Shown here: positions 19,028-29,090 of the stretch, piece after piece | Layout of the letters: each line of letters opens with the position of its first letter | Position numbering within the stretch: the first letter of the stretch is position 1 | From: a bacterium | GTDB taxonomy: Bacteria > UBA8248 | Assembly: GCA_965261085.1 (NCBI GenBank) | Contig: OZ253442.1 | Span: 1,120,001-1,184,000, forward strand | Length of the DNA stretch: 64,000 nt | Reading direction: 5' to 3' | Made by a program: the position numbers and the translations under genes | Notes under the pieces: generated by a model | Told to the model about the DNA's origin: nothing | Seen by the model: the letters and a program-made list of their open reading frames with translations, nothing else | Databases searched by the model: none

Positions 19028-19402
19028 ATGGAAACCGCCGTTGTGAACTTGAGCGACTATCGGCATGACAACTTCGGAAGTGGCTGTCTCATCAAAATTG
19101 ACAGGACGACGAAGTGGGGAAATCCCTACCGGATCGGCCAGGATGGCGATCGCGCCGCCGTGATTGAAAAATACCGACGATGGCTCTGGAGAAATATCCA
19201 GCAGGAGGAGATCAACCTCTACGAACTCGCCGACCTGCATGGCTGCGAGCTCGGTTGCCACTGCCATCCCCTCCCGTGTCACGGCGATGTCCTCGCACGC
19301 GCCGCCGCGTGGGCAGCCGACTACCTCGGCGACATGCCGAAAGAAGTGAAGCGAGACGATCTTGGCTACGCTCTGCCCCAATACGACTATCCCCTCGCTT
19401 GA
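19028..19402 (+). CDS. DUF4326 domain protein, copy 2
   Basis: KWGNPY...LGCHCHPLPCHGDVL; AGGAG RBS. Confidence 0.88.
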   Translation: METAVVNLSDYRHDNFGSGCLIKIDRTTKWGNPYRIGQDGDRAAVIEKYRRWLWRNIQQEEINLYELADLHGCELGCHCHPLPCHGDVLARAAAWAADYLGDMPKEVKRDDLGYALPQYDYPLA

Positions 19403-19423
19403 GGACAACGAAAGGAGTGAACG

Positions 19424-20383
19424 ATGACTGCCACCGCGACACACGATCACAAGGAGAGCATCATGCACGAGCACACAGAGCACGAAGCACAGAATGAATC
19501 CTTCACCGCCATGGTCTGCGAGCAGGCGCAACTCTTCGGCGCGACTCCGGGGCCCGATGAATTCGACTCCCGCGTCGTATGGGACGAGAAGGAAGCCACC
19601 TCCGCCGTCATCAAGGCCTTCCACCTCCTCGCACAGGCCGCACCCGACGGCACACAGCTCGCCGACGAACGAGCGAACCTCCTGTGGGGCTTCGTCAACA
19701 CCCTCGACGCACAGACACAGCGCCTCGACCGCGCCGCCGACAGGCTCATCCCCGGTATCCGTGAACTGCAGCGCGAACAGGACGGCTCCGAGATCCGCTC
19801 CCGCGAACTCGAACTCAAGACCGACCGGGCGCAAAATCTCTCCAACCGCCGAGACGCCTTCGAAGGACTGCGCGACACGGCCGCCGAGGCTTATCGCGTA
19901 GAGACCGGCGAGGTATGGCGACCCCGGCGAGGCTCCCACGTCTCGCAGACCGGCAAGCTCACATCGGCCATGATCGACGCGCGCGACTTCCAGCGGGCGA
20001 GAAAGGACCGCGAGAACACCGCGCATCTTCCGCAGGGGACACTCGTGGCCGTCGCGGGCGGCAAGGAGGCGAACGACGCAAGCGCCATCATCGGCCACCT
20101 CGACAAGCTCAAGGCCAAGTACACAGACGTCGTCCTCGTCCACGGCGGCGGTCCCGGCGCCGAGAAGATAGCGGCAGGATGGGCGGAGCGCAACGGCGTC
20201 CACCAGGTCGTCTGCAAGCCCGACTGGGACGCACACGGACGGGCCGCTCCCTTCAGGCGCAACGATGAACTCCTCGCTCTGCTCCCCAAGGGCGTCATCG
20301 CCTTCCCCGGCAGCGGCATCACCGACAACCTCGTCGACAAGGCCAACAGGCTCGGCATCCCCGTCCAGCGCGTCGCCGCATAG
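19424..20383 (+). CDS. DUF2493 (SLOG) protein, copy 2
   Basis: Nearly identical protein to 7002-7955. Confidence 0.85.
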   Translation: MTATATHDHKESIMHEHTEHEAQNESFTAMVCEQAQLFGATPGPDEFDSRVVWDEKEATSAVIKAFHLLAQAAPDGTQLADERANLLWGFVNTLDAQTQRLDRAADRLIPGIRELQREQDGSEIRSRELELKTDRAQNLSNRRDAFEGLRDTAAEAYRVETGEVWRPRRGSHVSQTGKLTSAMIDARDFQRARKDRENTAHLPQGTLVAVAGGKEANDASAIIGHLDKLKAKYTDVVLVHGGGPGAEKIAAGWAERNGVHQVVCKPDWDAHGRAAPFRRNDELLALLPKGVIAFPGSGITDNLVDKANRLGIPVQRVAA

Positions 20384-21055
20384 GACACTCGACCCGGCGG
20401 GTCGTGTCGCCACCCCGGCGGCGCGGCCCGCTCTTCTTCTTTGCACACCCCGCCGCACCGCTGTACGGACCCTCGTACAGAACTCCCCACAATGGCGTCG
20501 GCCCCGCTGTACGAACCTCCGTGCACACCTCCCCGCATTGCTCCCCTCGCCTCCGTCCGCTCAATCGCCGCGGCGGCTCCCGACCGCCTCTCTCACCGGC
20601 TTCGATTCCCCCATCGTTCGTTCCCCGTATCTGGTCCTTTTGACGCCCTTCGGCGCTTCGGTTCTCACACCCCACGCATCTGAAGATGCCTGCCCTCCAT
20701 GCGCGCGCCTGGCATACAGCGTTCTGCGCAAACGACGACAATGACCGCCTCCTTCATACTGGAAAAGCAATACCAATCTGGTAGCACGTGAACCCTTTGA
20801 AATCACTGCACTTAAAAATCGCGTATGCTATTTGTAATACGGTGTAATACGAGGATTTCCTGAAGGATACCAAATTGGTAGTACACAGGCCCGCGCTGCG
20901 CTATGATGGATTCCGATTTGGTATTGCGACTTCCGGCATCGATTCGAGACCTTCCAGGTTCGCGACGAATGTGTTCGGTGAAAGCAAACGAGAATTTCCC
21001 GAGCGTTTCGGGACCGGAATCGAGGAAAATCTTAACGAAAGGAGTGACGAAACGA

Positions 21056-21532
21056 ATGGTTCAGACGATACAGAAGAACATCAGAGTCACGCCTGAACAA
21101 TGGAAGCACGTCGAAAAAGAGGCGATTGAACGCGAGGTCAGTCCGAATCGGCTCGTGGTAGAACTCGCGATAGAGGCCCTAAAGCACAGGGAGTGGCCGC
21201 GGACCGAAGCGGAAATCCACCTCTTGCGTTCGGCCATGTTCACCGCACAGGCCATTATCCGCGACATGGAGAAGGCCGGACGCGAGGAGGAAATCGAGCA
21301 AATCAGCAGAACTATCTCCGAAGTCGCGCCTGAATTGCCGGGCGGCCCCATGAAACTGGAGCATCACCAGCCCCAACCGCCGGACTTCATGGAAGAAAAT
21401 GCTTGCGCCGACCTCCCCGATCCGGGTGGTTCAGCCGGGTATAGCCACTGGTATCGACAACATATGCACGCCGACGGGCGGATGACGGGATATTGTTGTC
21501 GGAAGTATCTTGGTATTTGCCATCGAGTTTGA
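21056..21532 (+). CDS. RHH-like DNA-binding protein
   Basis: AAGGAG RBS; MVQTIQKNIRVTPEQWKHVEKEAIEREVSPNRLVVELAIEAL. Confidence 0.6.
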   Translation: MVQTIQKNIRVTPEQWKHVEKEAIEREVSPNRLVVELAIEALKHREWPRTEAEIHLLRSAMFTAQAIIRDMEKAGREEEIEQISRTISEVAPELPGGPMKLEHHQPQPPDFMEENACADLPDPGGSAGYSHWYRQHMHADGRMTGYCCRKYLGICHRV

Positions 21533-21954
21533 TTCCTATCCCTACCGGAATTTTCTGGTCGGGCTCTAATCTGCTATTTGCCGATCACGAGCTTTTTGGG
21601 GGGAGTATCGGGGAGTCGGGGGCAATCCAAGCAAGCGCGTGGGGTGATTTTCTTTACACGAGAAGCGCCAACTGCTCGAAAACGACACCATCACGAACAT
21701 CTAGTCCATCGAGTACAAACGCTTGCATGATGGAAGAAGAAAAGACAGACGTGAAAAGGGCGTATGGATACAAAGCGACGGGGATTCTCTTCTTTTGGAT
21801 TTCCATTAACATGGGTGCTCTAACTACATCGCCATAGCGTTGGCGTGTGGCATCAAATCAATAGACATCACGGGTTATCCGTGCCGCGTCAAAATCGAAT
21901 GTGAGGTTTTAACGGGCCAGGCACGTCAAAACAGTTTGGGACATACTCTCGAAA

Positions 21955-23460
21955 CTAGGAGAGTCTCTTTTTGATCGCCGGTAGTATCATGAAAATCAGC
22001 AACAGTGCGGTCGAGATCAGGAACGCCGCGCTGATTGGGCGGGTGATGAATATCATCGGGTCACCGCGCGAGAGCAGCAGTGAGCGTCTCAGGTTTTCCT
22101 CCATCATCGGTCCCAGAACTAACGCAAGAATCATAGGTGCCGGCTCAAGCTTGAGTTTTATGAAAACATAGCCCACGAGACCGAAGAAAATAGTCAAGTA
22201 AATGTCCAACTCGAGTTTGTTTACGCTGTAAATGCCAATGGCCATGAATACGAGAATCGCCGGAAACATGAATCGATAAGGAACTTTGAGCAATTTTACC
22301 CATATGCCAATCAGTGGCAGATTGAGAATTACCAGAATCAAGTTGCCAATCCACATGCTGGCGATTAGGCCCCAAAACAGATCGGGTCGCTCGGTCATGA
22401 CCTGAGGTCCGGGTGTGATGCCATGGATTGTCAACGCGCCCAGCACCACCGCCATCGTGCCGCTACCCGGAATACCTAGCGTCAGGGTTGGGATGAATGC
22501 GCACTGGGCTGCGGCATTGTTTGCCGCCTCTGGCCCTGCCACACCTTGGATCGCGCCTTTCCCAAAAATCGAATCGTCCTTTGCTACTTTTTTTTCGACG
22601 GCATAGCTCGAAAACGCGCTGATTGTGGCACCTGCGCCTGGCAATGTACCGAAGAACGCTCCTATTGCGGTACCGCGCATAATGGCGCCCATTGAAACCT
22701 TGATGTCGGCCCATGTCGGCATCAAACCATAAATTTTTTTCGACAGCATAACTCGGGTCTCGCTTTCCTTGCTCTTTCCCAGGTTGGACAGAATCTCGGA
22801 TAAGCCGAACAATCCCATTGCGACCACAGGGAAACTCAACCCTTCAGACAGCGCCGCGGCTCCGAAGGTAAAGCGCCACATTCCCGAGTTGACATCGGTG
22901 CCAATGATGCCAAGTAACAGACCTAGAACAATCATCGCGATCGCCTTGAGTATGTTGCCATGAGCCAGCACCGCAGAAAAAATCAACCCCATCACCATCA
23001 GGGAAAAAAACTCGGGCGAGCCGAATTCAAGCGCGACTTCGGCGAGCGGCGGTCCGGCTACCGCAATAATCAACGTGCAAACCGTTCCGGCAAAAAACGA
23101 TCCGACAGCCGCGATTGCTAAAGCCGGCCCTGCCCGGCCCTGCTTCGCCATTTCATAGCCGTCGATACAGGTCACCACCGAAGCTGTTTCACCCGGCAGT
23201 TTGATTAGAATCGACGTGGTGGAGCCGCCGTACTGGGTGCCGTAGAAAATTCCGGCTAACATGATCAGCGCACCGACCGGCGGCAGTACAAATGTCGCCG
23301 GCAATAGCATCGACATTGCGGCGAGAGGTCCTATGCCAGGCAGCACTCCGACCAAAGTGCCGAGAAATACTCCGACGAAACAGTACCAAAGATTGATTGA
23401 CGTAATCGCTGTTTGGAATCCGAATGCAAGGCCTGGTAAAACTGTCGCCAAGGATTCCAA
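21955..23460 (-). CDS. tctA: Tripartite tricarboxylate transporter permease TctA
   Basis: GTLVGVLPGIG, YGGSTTSIL..PGE, AGPEAANNA, TLGIPGS. Confidence 0.95.
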   Translation of the reverse strand: MESLATVLPGLAFGFQTAITSINLWYCFVGVFLGTLVGVLPGIGPLAAMSMLLPATFVLPPVGALIMLAGIFYGTQYGGSTTSILIKLPGETASVVTCIDGYEMAKQGRAGPALAIAAVGSFFAGTVCTLIIAVAGPPLAEVALEFGSPEFFSLMVMGLIFSAVLAHGNILKAIAMIVLGLLLGIIGTDVNSGMWRFTFGAAALSEGLSFPVVAMGLFGLSEILSNLGKSKESETRVMLSKKIYGLMPTWADIKVSMGAIMRGTAIGAFFGTLPGAGATISAFSSYAVEKKVAKDDSIFGKGAIQGVAGPEAANNAAAQCAFIPTLTLGIPGSGTMAVVLGALTIHGITPGPQVMTERPDLFWGLIASMWIGNLILVILNLPLIGIWVKLLKVPYRFMFPAILVFMAIGIYSVNKLELDIYLTIFFGLVGYVFIKLKLEPAPMILALVLGPMMEENLRRSLLLSRGDPMIFITRPISAAFLISTALLLIFMILPAIKKRLS

Positions 23461-23461
23461 G

Positions 23462-23914
23462 TCATCTCCATCCGAAAAGCTGGAAAGGCAGATTCAGGCC
23501 CCATACGAAAACCGCCCAGGACCCTGTGATAAGCACCACACTCATGATCAGTACTTCTCCCCATTTGAATTCTCTTCCCGATGCTGCGGACACGACGATC
23601 AGCGCGAACAGTGCCGGTATGAAACCAACGTGATCGATGCTCCATCCAAAAATCGCAAAGGCAACGCTTACCAGTATCATCGGACGATACGCAAAAGGTT
23701 CAATGCCTTCGCCCTCGACTTTGACCGACAACGCGGCGATGAGCACGCCCAAAATGGCAAGAATGCAACCTAATACCGTGGGGAAATACCCAGGCCCCAT
23801 GCGATTCGCCGATCCCATTGGATAGTCACGAGACAGGACGACCGCAAGTATACCTAAACCGATAAACATCAGGCCCGACCAAAAGTTTTCCGGACTTTTA
23901 ATTCTATATCGCAT
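23462..23914 (-). CDS. tctB: TctB family small membrane subunit
   Basis: MGPGYFP motif, several TM segments, directly upstream of tctA. Confidence 0.9.
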   Translation of the reverse strand: MRYRIKSPENFWSGLMFIGLGILAVVLSRDYPMGSANRMGPGYFPTVLGCILAILGVLIAALSVKVEGEGIEPFAYRPMILVSVAFAIFGWSIDHVGFIPALFALIVVSAASGREFKWGEVLIMSVVLITGSWAVFVWGLNLPFQLFGWR

Positions 23915-24169
23915 GTCTTCTTTCTATTTGCTGCTTATCAACCCAGCCTTGCCCAAAGAAAATGCAACGAATCTTTAATCTTTCTCCTCTTGATGAAATC
24001 TTGTGCTATCATGTAACAAATAATTTCATAAAACCGCGATTGTACACTACAAGCCACGATAGCGATGCTTTGCGTAAGGCTTTCACAAATAGCAAAATCG
24101 TGGTCACAGGACTACAATTCTGTAAAGGACTCCCTAGTTTGTCAATTTAACCTGTAAAGGAGGCTAGTC

Positions 24170-25171
24170 ATGACTGATAGGGTAAAGAATACGACAGCTT
24201 TGGCAATCGCAATAGTTTTTCTTTTCATCCTGGCAGCCATGTCGCGGGTCGCATCGGCGGCAAACGAAAAATGGCGTCCGAATCGCCCGATTCGACTGGT
24301 CGTGGCAGGCTCGCCAGGTGGTGCTTTTAGTATTGTTTCGCGCCTTCTTGCGCCCACGGTCAAAGAAGTACTCGGCCAACCGTTGGTGTTGGATAATCGT
24401 GGCGGCAGAGGGGGAACCATCGCTGGCGATATCGTAGTTCGCGCCAAACCCGACGGACATACGATACTAATAACAAATGGTCTCTTGCTCACTGTGCGCC
24501 CGCAGTTACACAAGATGCCCTACAAAGTATCGGATCTTGCTCCCATCTCTACTTTGGTCAGAGGACAATACATGCTGGCGCTACACCCTTCCGTCAAGGC
24601 GAACAATCTCAAGGAGTTCATCGCACTGGCAAAGAGCAAGCCCGCTGGGCACTTTAACTACGCGGGGACCGGCGTGGGAGCCCCTACGCATCTGGCACCG
24701 GAACTGCTCAGTATGCGCGCGGGGATCAAGATGACCAATATCCCATACAAAGGTGGCGCTAAAGCAGCCAAGGCTGCCCTTTCTGGTGAGGTGCATATGG
24801 TTTTCGTCAGCCTGGTATCGGCGGTTCCTTTTGTGAAGGCTGGACGCCTCAAGGGACTTGCCGTCAGCGGGCCCGCTCGCGCTACGATAGCGCCAAATAT
24901 CCCGACCGTGGCAGAGTTGGGTTATCCGGGATTCGACGTATCGGCGTGGTTTGGGATGTTCGCTCCCGCGAAGACCCCGAGGGGCGTTTTGGAGTCGCTG
25001 GCGGACGCATTTGCGAGAGGGCTTGAAAAGCCTGATGTGAAGAAGGCGCTCATAAAGTTAGGATACGCCATCTACTTCAAAAGGACGAACGATGTCGTGA
25101 CCCTGATGAGGAACGAGACCAAAATGTGGGGTAAGGCAATCAAGGCCGCGAATATCAAGTCGAAAAAGTAA
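24170..25171 (+). CDS. tctC: TctC/Bug substrate-binding protein
   Basis: Signal peptide, PNRPIRLVV, AKPDGHTIL, IPYKGG, PTVAELGYPGF. Confidence 0.92.
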   Translation: MTDRVKNTTALAIAIVFLFILAAMSRVASAANEKWRPNRPIRLVVAGSPGGAFSIVSRLLAPTVKEVLGQPLVLDNRGGRGGTIAGDIVVRAKPDGHTILITNGLLLTVRPQLHKMPYKVSDLAPISTLVRGQYMLALHPSVKANNLKEFIALAKSKPAGHFNYAGTGVGAPTHLAPELLSMRAGIKMTNIPYKGGAKAAKAALSGEVHMVFVSLVSAVPFVKAGRLKGLAVSGPARATIAPNIPTVAELGYPGFDVSAWFGMFAPAKTPRGVLESLADAFARGLEKPDVKKALIKLGYAIYFKRTNDVVTLMRNETKMWGKAIKAANIKSKK

Positions 25172-25441
25172 CATCGCTATGGCCTGGCGGTAATAACATA
25201 TTGTCATCTGTTTTCTCATTAAGTGTAATACGCTAAGAGTAATCTAAGGTGGCCTGATGACCGTCAGGCCCATATCGAGCTCGCAGAACTCCGTGCACTC
25301 CTTCACGTGACGTATATCCAAGATATACACGTCATCAAAGATGCCTGTGCGTCACCCTTTGATTGAGCGATGCTGTGAAGTGCAATGTAAATAGAGTAAT
25401 TGTCAGCCAAGGAAGACGAAAGGAACAAGGGAGATGAAAAA

Positions 25442-26839
25442 ATGGATTATATCAGCCAGAACGAATTGAAGCAGGTCAGAGAAGAGATAGCCAAGGTTCG
25501 AACCCCTGAAACCTTGGTTGAGGGGAAATGGAATATCAGCCCCCTTAACCGGGACCCTAACGTACTGTCCAATTTCGGACCGCCCCGATATCCGGATTCA
25601 GTGGTGATTCGTGATAACACCCTGCGAACAATTGAACAAACGCCTGGTGTTTGTCTAAGCGATTCCGAGCGGCAAAGACTGGCTGCCGCACTCGTTGAAG
25701 CAGGGCTGAGGTCACTGCACACCGCTCTTTTGTATCAACCAACAAAGAGATTGCAGAGGGGAGACCCCAAGGAACTATTGTCCCTAACCTCCGGTGCCTC
25801 CGAGAAAGAAGTTAAATTCATCAAGAGCTTGGATAGCAGCATCGAAGTAATCGTGGGAGGAAGCACTGAAGAAGAAGTAGACGCAGTGGTAGATTCTGGT
25901 GCGGATATGGTTCAGATCTTTTTCCCGTGTATGCCGATATTGAATCTTGTGTATGGTATCTACGGACGCCAGATTCAACGTGCTGCGTGGCGTGGCGAGG
26001 ATTGGCGCAAAACGATACACCCACCATTGACGAATGAGGCGTTGATTGAAAGAATTCAGGAGCTCTCCACCTATGCCAAAAGCAAGGGTCTTAAGGTTCA
26101 ATTAGCCACGCCTCAACTTTTACACGCATCTCTTGAATACTTCGATAAGCTGTGCAAAGGGGCTTCGGAAGTGGGCATAGAAGAGATTGGACTTGGGGAT
26201 GGTTCGAGCGCTTTTGGCCATGAGGCCTATGCGTACCTGGTCTCTCGCGCAGTAGAGATGGCCCCGGGAGTACGCATATGCCTATCTCGTCCACACAATG
26301 GATTCGGCAACGCTATGGCCAAAGCGATGGCGGGCATTCACGCGGGAGCTGAAGTGCTGGAAGGTTCGGTCAACAGTCTTTGCACCGGCGCGGGACAGGT
26401 AGACATCACGGAGGCGGTGGCGGCCTTGGAAGTTTTGTATGGCGTGAAAACCGGAGTTAAGATGGAGAGACTTACGTCGCTACGGCGATTGGTGGAGGAT
26501 ATCAGCCAAGTCTTCATGGCGCAAAATAAGCCCGTGACGGGTGAGCATGCCTGGTCCTACACCGAGGAAGCAAACACGGAGGAGGATGAGCTTGGTTTAT
26601 ATCTTCACAAGTGCGTCAACCCCGCCCTCTTCGGAAACGTGGGCAGGTTGGTCGTGGGGCGGTACAGCGGCACATGGACCATGTGGGGAATACTCAATGA
26701 GATTGGTGTGAGCGTGGAAAAGGACCTTGTGCCCATTATTCTTGACGAGGTGAAGCACGAGATAGAGATTAGGAAACGAGTTCTTTCTGATGATGAAATA
26801 AAGGAAATAGCAGAACGTATAAAATCAATGTCCGGATAG
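25442..26839 (+). CDS. HMGL-like / LeuA-homocitrate-synthase-like TIM-barrel protein with altered motifs
   Basis: IRDNTLRTIEQTPG, HNGFGNAMA, GSVNSL..GAGQ, NKPVTGEHAW. Confidence 0.8.
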   Translation: MDYISQNELKQVREEIAKVRTPETLVEGKWNISPLNRDPNVLSNFGPPRYPDSVVIRDNTLRTIEQTPGVCLSDSERQRLAAALVEAGLRSLHTALLYQPTKRLQRGDPKELLSLTSGASEKEVKFIKSLDSSIEVIVGGSTEEEVDAVVDSGADMVQIFFPCMPILNLVYGIYGRQIQRAAWRGEDWRKTIHPPLTNEALIERIQELSTYAKSKGLKVQLATPQLLHASLEYFDKLCKGASEVGIEEIGLGDGSSAFGHEAYAYLVSRAVEMAPGVRICLSRPHNGFGNAMAKAMAGIHAGAEVLEGSVNSLCTGAGQVDITEAVAALEVLYGVKTGVKMERLTSLRRLVEDISQVFMAQNKPVTGEHAWSYTEEANTEEDELGLYLHKCVNPALFGNVGRLVVGRYSGTWTMWGILNEIGVSVEKDLVPIILDEVKHEIEIRKRVLSDDEIKEIAERIKSMSG

Positions 26840-27100
26840 GAGGCGTGTGAGTGGAGAGCGTGGCAACAAGGTCGGAGGCTCCACACGGCAGGAATTTCTC
26901 CCACTATCCTGTTTTGCAGATACCCGTGTCTTACCCCTGTGTCTGTTGGCGAAACTCTGACATGCTGTGGATGCGCCAATAGAAAGAATAATTTCTGAAT
27001 CAAATCGGAACAAAGGTGGGTGTCTTGCCGTGGGAGCGGAACAGTTTCAGGGACAATGTGAAAGAAGGGAATTATATACAATCTTACCCAAGAGGGGATG

Positions 27101-28234
27101 TTATATGGTCAACACTTCGTCTCCAATATGATTGAGCCGCTCATATCCTTCGTGTGTCAATAAATAAGTTTCTCCCCAAAAAGAATTGCTCTTACGATCA
27201 GGCGTGAAAATACGCGGGTGGATAATTATCGCGGTTCCCGGAGTTAACACCATCTTATTATCGCCATTCAAGCGAGCTTCCACTAGATCAACGCCACAGA
27301 TATGCCCCACTGCAGATCTTAGTTCATAGCCACCCTTATTCACATGGGACTTCATGGCTGAAAAAACATCTGCAACAGTTCTCCCCGGATTCAGGCGCTC
27401 CAACCCTTTTTTTATGGCGTTACTGCTTAAGGTATTCAATTTGCTGAGGGCATGGTTAGGATAACCAACATTAACCCTACGCACCAATTGTGTCCAATAA
27501 CCTCCATAGCGTGGTGTAATTTCAAATTCTACGGTATCTCCGATTTCGATTAGTCGAGGCGACGGAACATGAAGCCCTCCCAACATATTTTTGTCACCAA
27601 GAGCAAATTTGCCACTAGTGATTAAGGTGAAACATTCTTCCGCCCCTCGGGCCCTAGCAAAATGTTCGATTTCAGCGACAATTTCTTGTTCACTAACCTT
27701 GGGGCGAATCATTTTTGCGACGGCTTCAAAACCGCCATCGGCCAATGCCGCTCCTTTGCGATAAATATCGGCTTCCTCCTCGCTACGTTGGAGGCGAACT
27801 TGTAAAATCCGTTCATGGACTTCCTCCCACTCAATCTGGGGAAGTTCTTTCTTGAAATGCATAAACCAGGCTGTTGGCAGCATTTCAAAGCTAACCCCGA
27901 CTCTTCCTACAACAACCCCGCGATCTTTCAGAAGATTAGCCACATCCGCCGCGAAATAGCTGCTGGCGCGACAATCGTTCACAAAAGACCTCTCAGCCGC
28001 AACTCGTCTCTGCGATTCACTACTTTCTATAAACAACACTGGTTCGGAATTGGGGAAGACGACAACAACCTGCCGATAATAAAATACGCGGTAATCAGTT
28101 AAATACCGCAAATCTCCATAAAAGCCGGGCCCGATACCCATGTCGCCTACAAGTATTATTGCTTTGAGGTCTTCTGTATTGAGTACCTGACGTACAGCTC
28201 TATATCTCGCTTCTTTTTCTGACGCTGAAAACAT
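27101..28234 (-). CDS. M24 (Xaa-Pro peptidase/creatinase-like) family protein
   Basis: Creatinase-N-like start, RSEEEADIYRKGAALADGGF, YGGYWTQLVR, GHICGVD; start at MFSASEKE. Confidence 0.8.
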   Translation of the reverse strand: MFSASEKEARYRAVRQVLNTEDLKAIILVGDMGIGPGFYGDLRYLTDYRVFYYRQVVVVFPNSEPVLFIESSESQRRVAAERSFVNDCRASSYFAADVANLLKDRGVVVGRVGVSFEMLPTAWFMHFKKELPQIEWEEVHERILQVRLQRSEEEADIYRKGAALADGGFEAVAKMIRPKVSEQEIVAEIEHFARARGAEECFTLITSGKFALGDKNMLGGLHVPSPRLIEIGDTVEFEITPRYGGYWTQLVRRVNVGYPNHALSKLNTLSSNAIKKGLERLNPGRTVADVFSAMKSHVNKGGYELRSAVGHICGVDLVEARLNGDNKMVLTPGTAIIIHPRIFTPDRKSNSFWGETYLLTHEGYERLNHIGDEVLTI

Positions 28235-28474
28235 AATTTTCTTTCTCCTGAATTCCTTACTATCATATGCTTTCTTATCCCAAGAATCGAACGGGCCGAG
28301 GGTTTCCATTAAGAGAAAGTCGTGTCCTTGAACTTGTGCATCCTGACAGGAGCATCCAGTTTGTCCCCTAAGAACGACCACCGGGATTATCCCCCTCTTC
28401 TCGTCCCTGAGAGGGAAAAGCGGCTCTCGAAAGCGAGGCCGCCGATTTGCTTGGGGGTGCAGGCGCAGGGTCTG

Positions 28475-29090
28475 GAGATACGCTCAGATCTTGTGTATGG
28501 GCTGAATTGAAGAAGGCGGCGCATCCTGCTGAAATAGGGTTGTCAGAAGCCCGGTCATTCAGCACACAGGAGATGCGCCACCATGAGAGAAGATACGACG
28601 ATTCCCTTCAGGAATCCAGCCTTACGGGACGAGTTGAGCGAACTGTTGCGCGAAGGCGCGCAACGAATCATCCGCCGGGCCGTGGAAGCGGAGTTGGAGG
28701 CTTTTCTGGAAGGGTATGCGACCGATCATGACTCGCAAGGTCGACGCGCGGTAGTCCGCAACGGATACCTGCCGTCGCGGGAGGTGTTGACGGGGGTCGG
28801 CCCGGTGCGTGTCCAGGTTCCGCGGACACGGGACAGGTCGGGCGCGGGCCGGTGCTTCCGCTCGGAGCTTTTGCCGCCGTATTTGAAGAAGACGAGGCGT
28901 GTGGAGGCGGTGATTCTCTGATGTATCTGTAAGGGATATCGACGAATGACTTAGGTGAGGCGCTGAGAGCGCTGTTCGGCGAATCGGTGAGGGGATTGTC
29001 CCCGGCGAGCGTTGCGTGGCTCAAGTGCGGCTGGGAGCGCGAGTACGCGCAGTGGCCGAGCGCGACTGGGGAGGCGAGGTGTTCGTGTAT
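28475..29090 (+). mobile_element. IS256-family 5' part, degenerate transposase ending at the intron
   Basis: RDELSELLREGAQRII..EAEL..VVRNGYLP.REVLTGVGPV.V.VPR.RDR; stops and frameshifts after 28921. Confidence 0.85.

Larger units (their letters stand above)
16958..20670. repeat. Right arm of inverted duplication (includes Toprim gene missing from the left arm)
   Basis: Reverse-complement similarity to 6710-9204. Confidence 0.9.
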
